A stretch of DNA of 24,284 nt from a candidate division WOR-3 bacterium (lineage in GTDB: Bacteria; Hydrothermota; Tepidihabitantia; Tepidihabitantales; Tepidihabitantaceae). Both the position numbers and the translations under genes were made by a program. Location of the stretch: assembly GCA_965648905.1 (NCBI GenBank), contig CBFGIT010000036.1, forward strand, positions 1-24,284, written 5' to 3'. The notes beneath the pieces were generated by a model, which saw only the letters and a program-made list of their open reading frames with translations, was not told the DNA's origin and made no database searches. Positions 24,144 to 24,284 of the stretch are shown here, one piece after another; the stretch's first letter is position 1, and each line of letters begins with the position of its first letter.

Positions 24144-24171
24144 GGAATTCCGAAGACGGAATTCCGGGGAC
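24144..24171. repeat. REP-like element: tandem 14-mers GGAATTCCGAAGAC / GGAATTCCGGGGAC that also form a 9-bp hairpin
   Basis: GGAATTCCG(24144-24152)-AAGA-CGGAATTCC(24157-24165) is a perfect stem, and each unit contains the palindrome GGAATTCC. Confidence 0.6.
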
Positions 24172-24284
24172 GGGTTTAATGTCAAGCCGTGCGTTAGCTG
24201 CTCTCCCCTGAGACAAGGCTGACGACGGCGTCGGCCCATTTCTTGCTGCCCTGCCGCTTTCGATCGGTGTGATGGCATGCTGCG

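Overview
GC-rich bacterial chromosomal segment with about 21 protein-coding genes; I found no tRNA, rRNA, CRISPR array or transposase. Secreted proteins with T9SS-like/FlgD-Ig C-termini, a PorV/UPF0164-like barrel and a C25 peptidase suggest an FCB-related lineage such as candidate division WOR-3 (inference only). Left part: Zn-dependent alcohol dehydrogenase (-); an archaeal/eukaryotic-type pheS-pheT pair whose beta subunit carries an inserted zinc ribbon; a zinc-ribbon membrane protein; and ferritin-like, CheY-like receiver and flavin reductase genes (-). Centre (7229-16102): a tightly coupled 8-gene envelope operon encoding an Ig-repeat/FlgD-CTD protein, a PorV-like barrel with FlgD-Ig tail, an 834-aa TPR protein, ExbB, two ExbDs (one lacking the essential TM Asp), TonB and an FlgD-Ig/degenerate OmpA protein, with no TonB-dependent receptor. 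This operon is the best candidate for an undescribed TonB-energised, T9SS-related export or surface-display system. Right part: a stand-alone CD-NTase/SMODS-like nucleotidyltransferase with no CBASS effector nearby, a secreted PDZ plus papain-like protein coupled to a C_GCAxxG_C_C protein, an atypical S8 peptidase, a GNAT and a C25 peptidase with a beta-propeller. Six of seven sigma70-like promoter candidates have a 16-nt spacer, and several genes appear leaderless.
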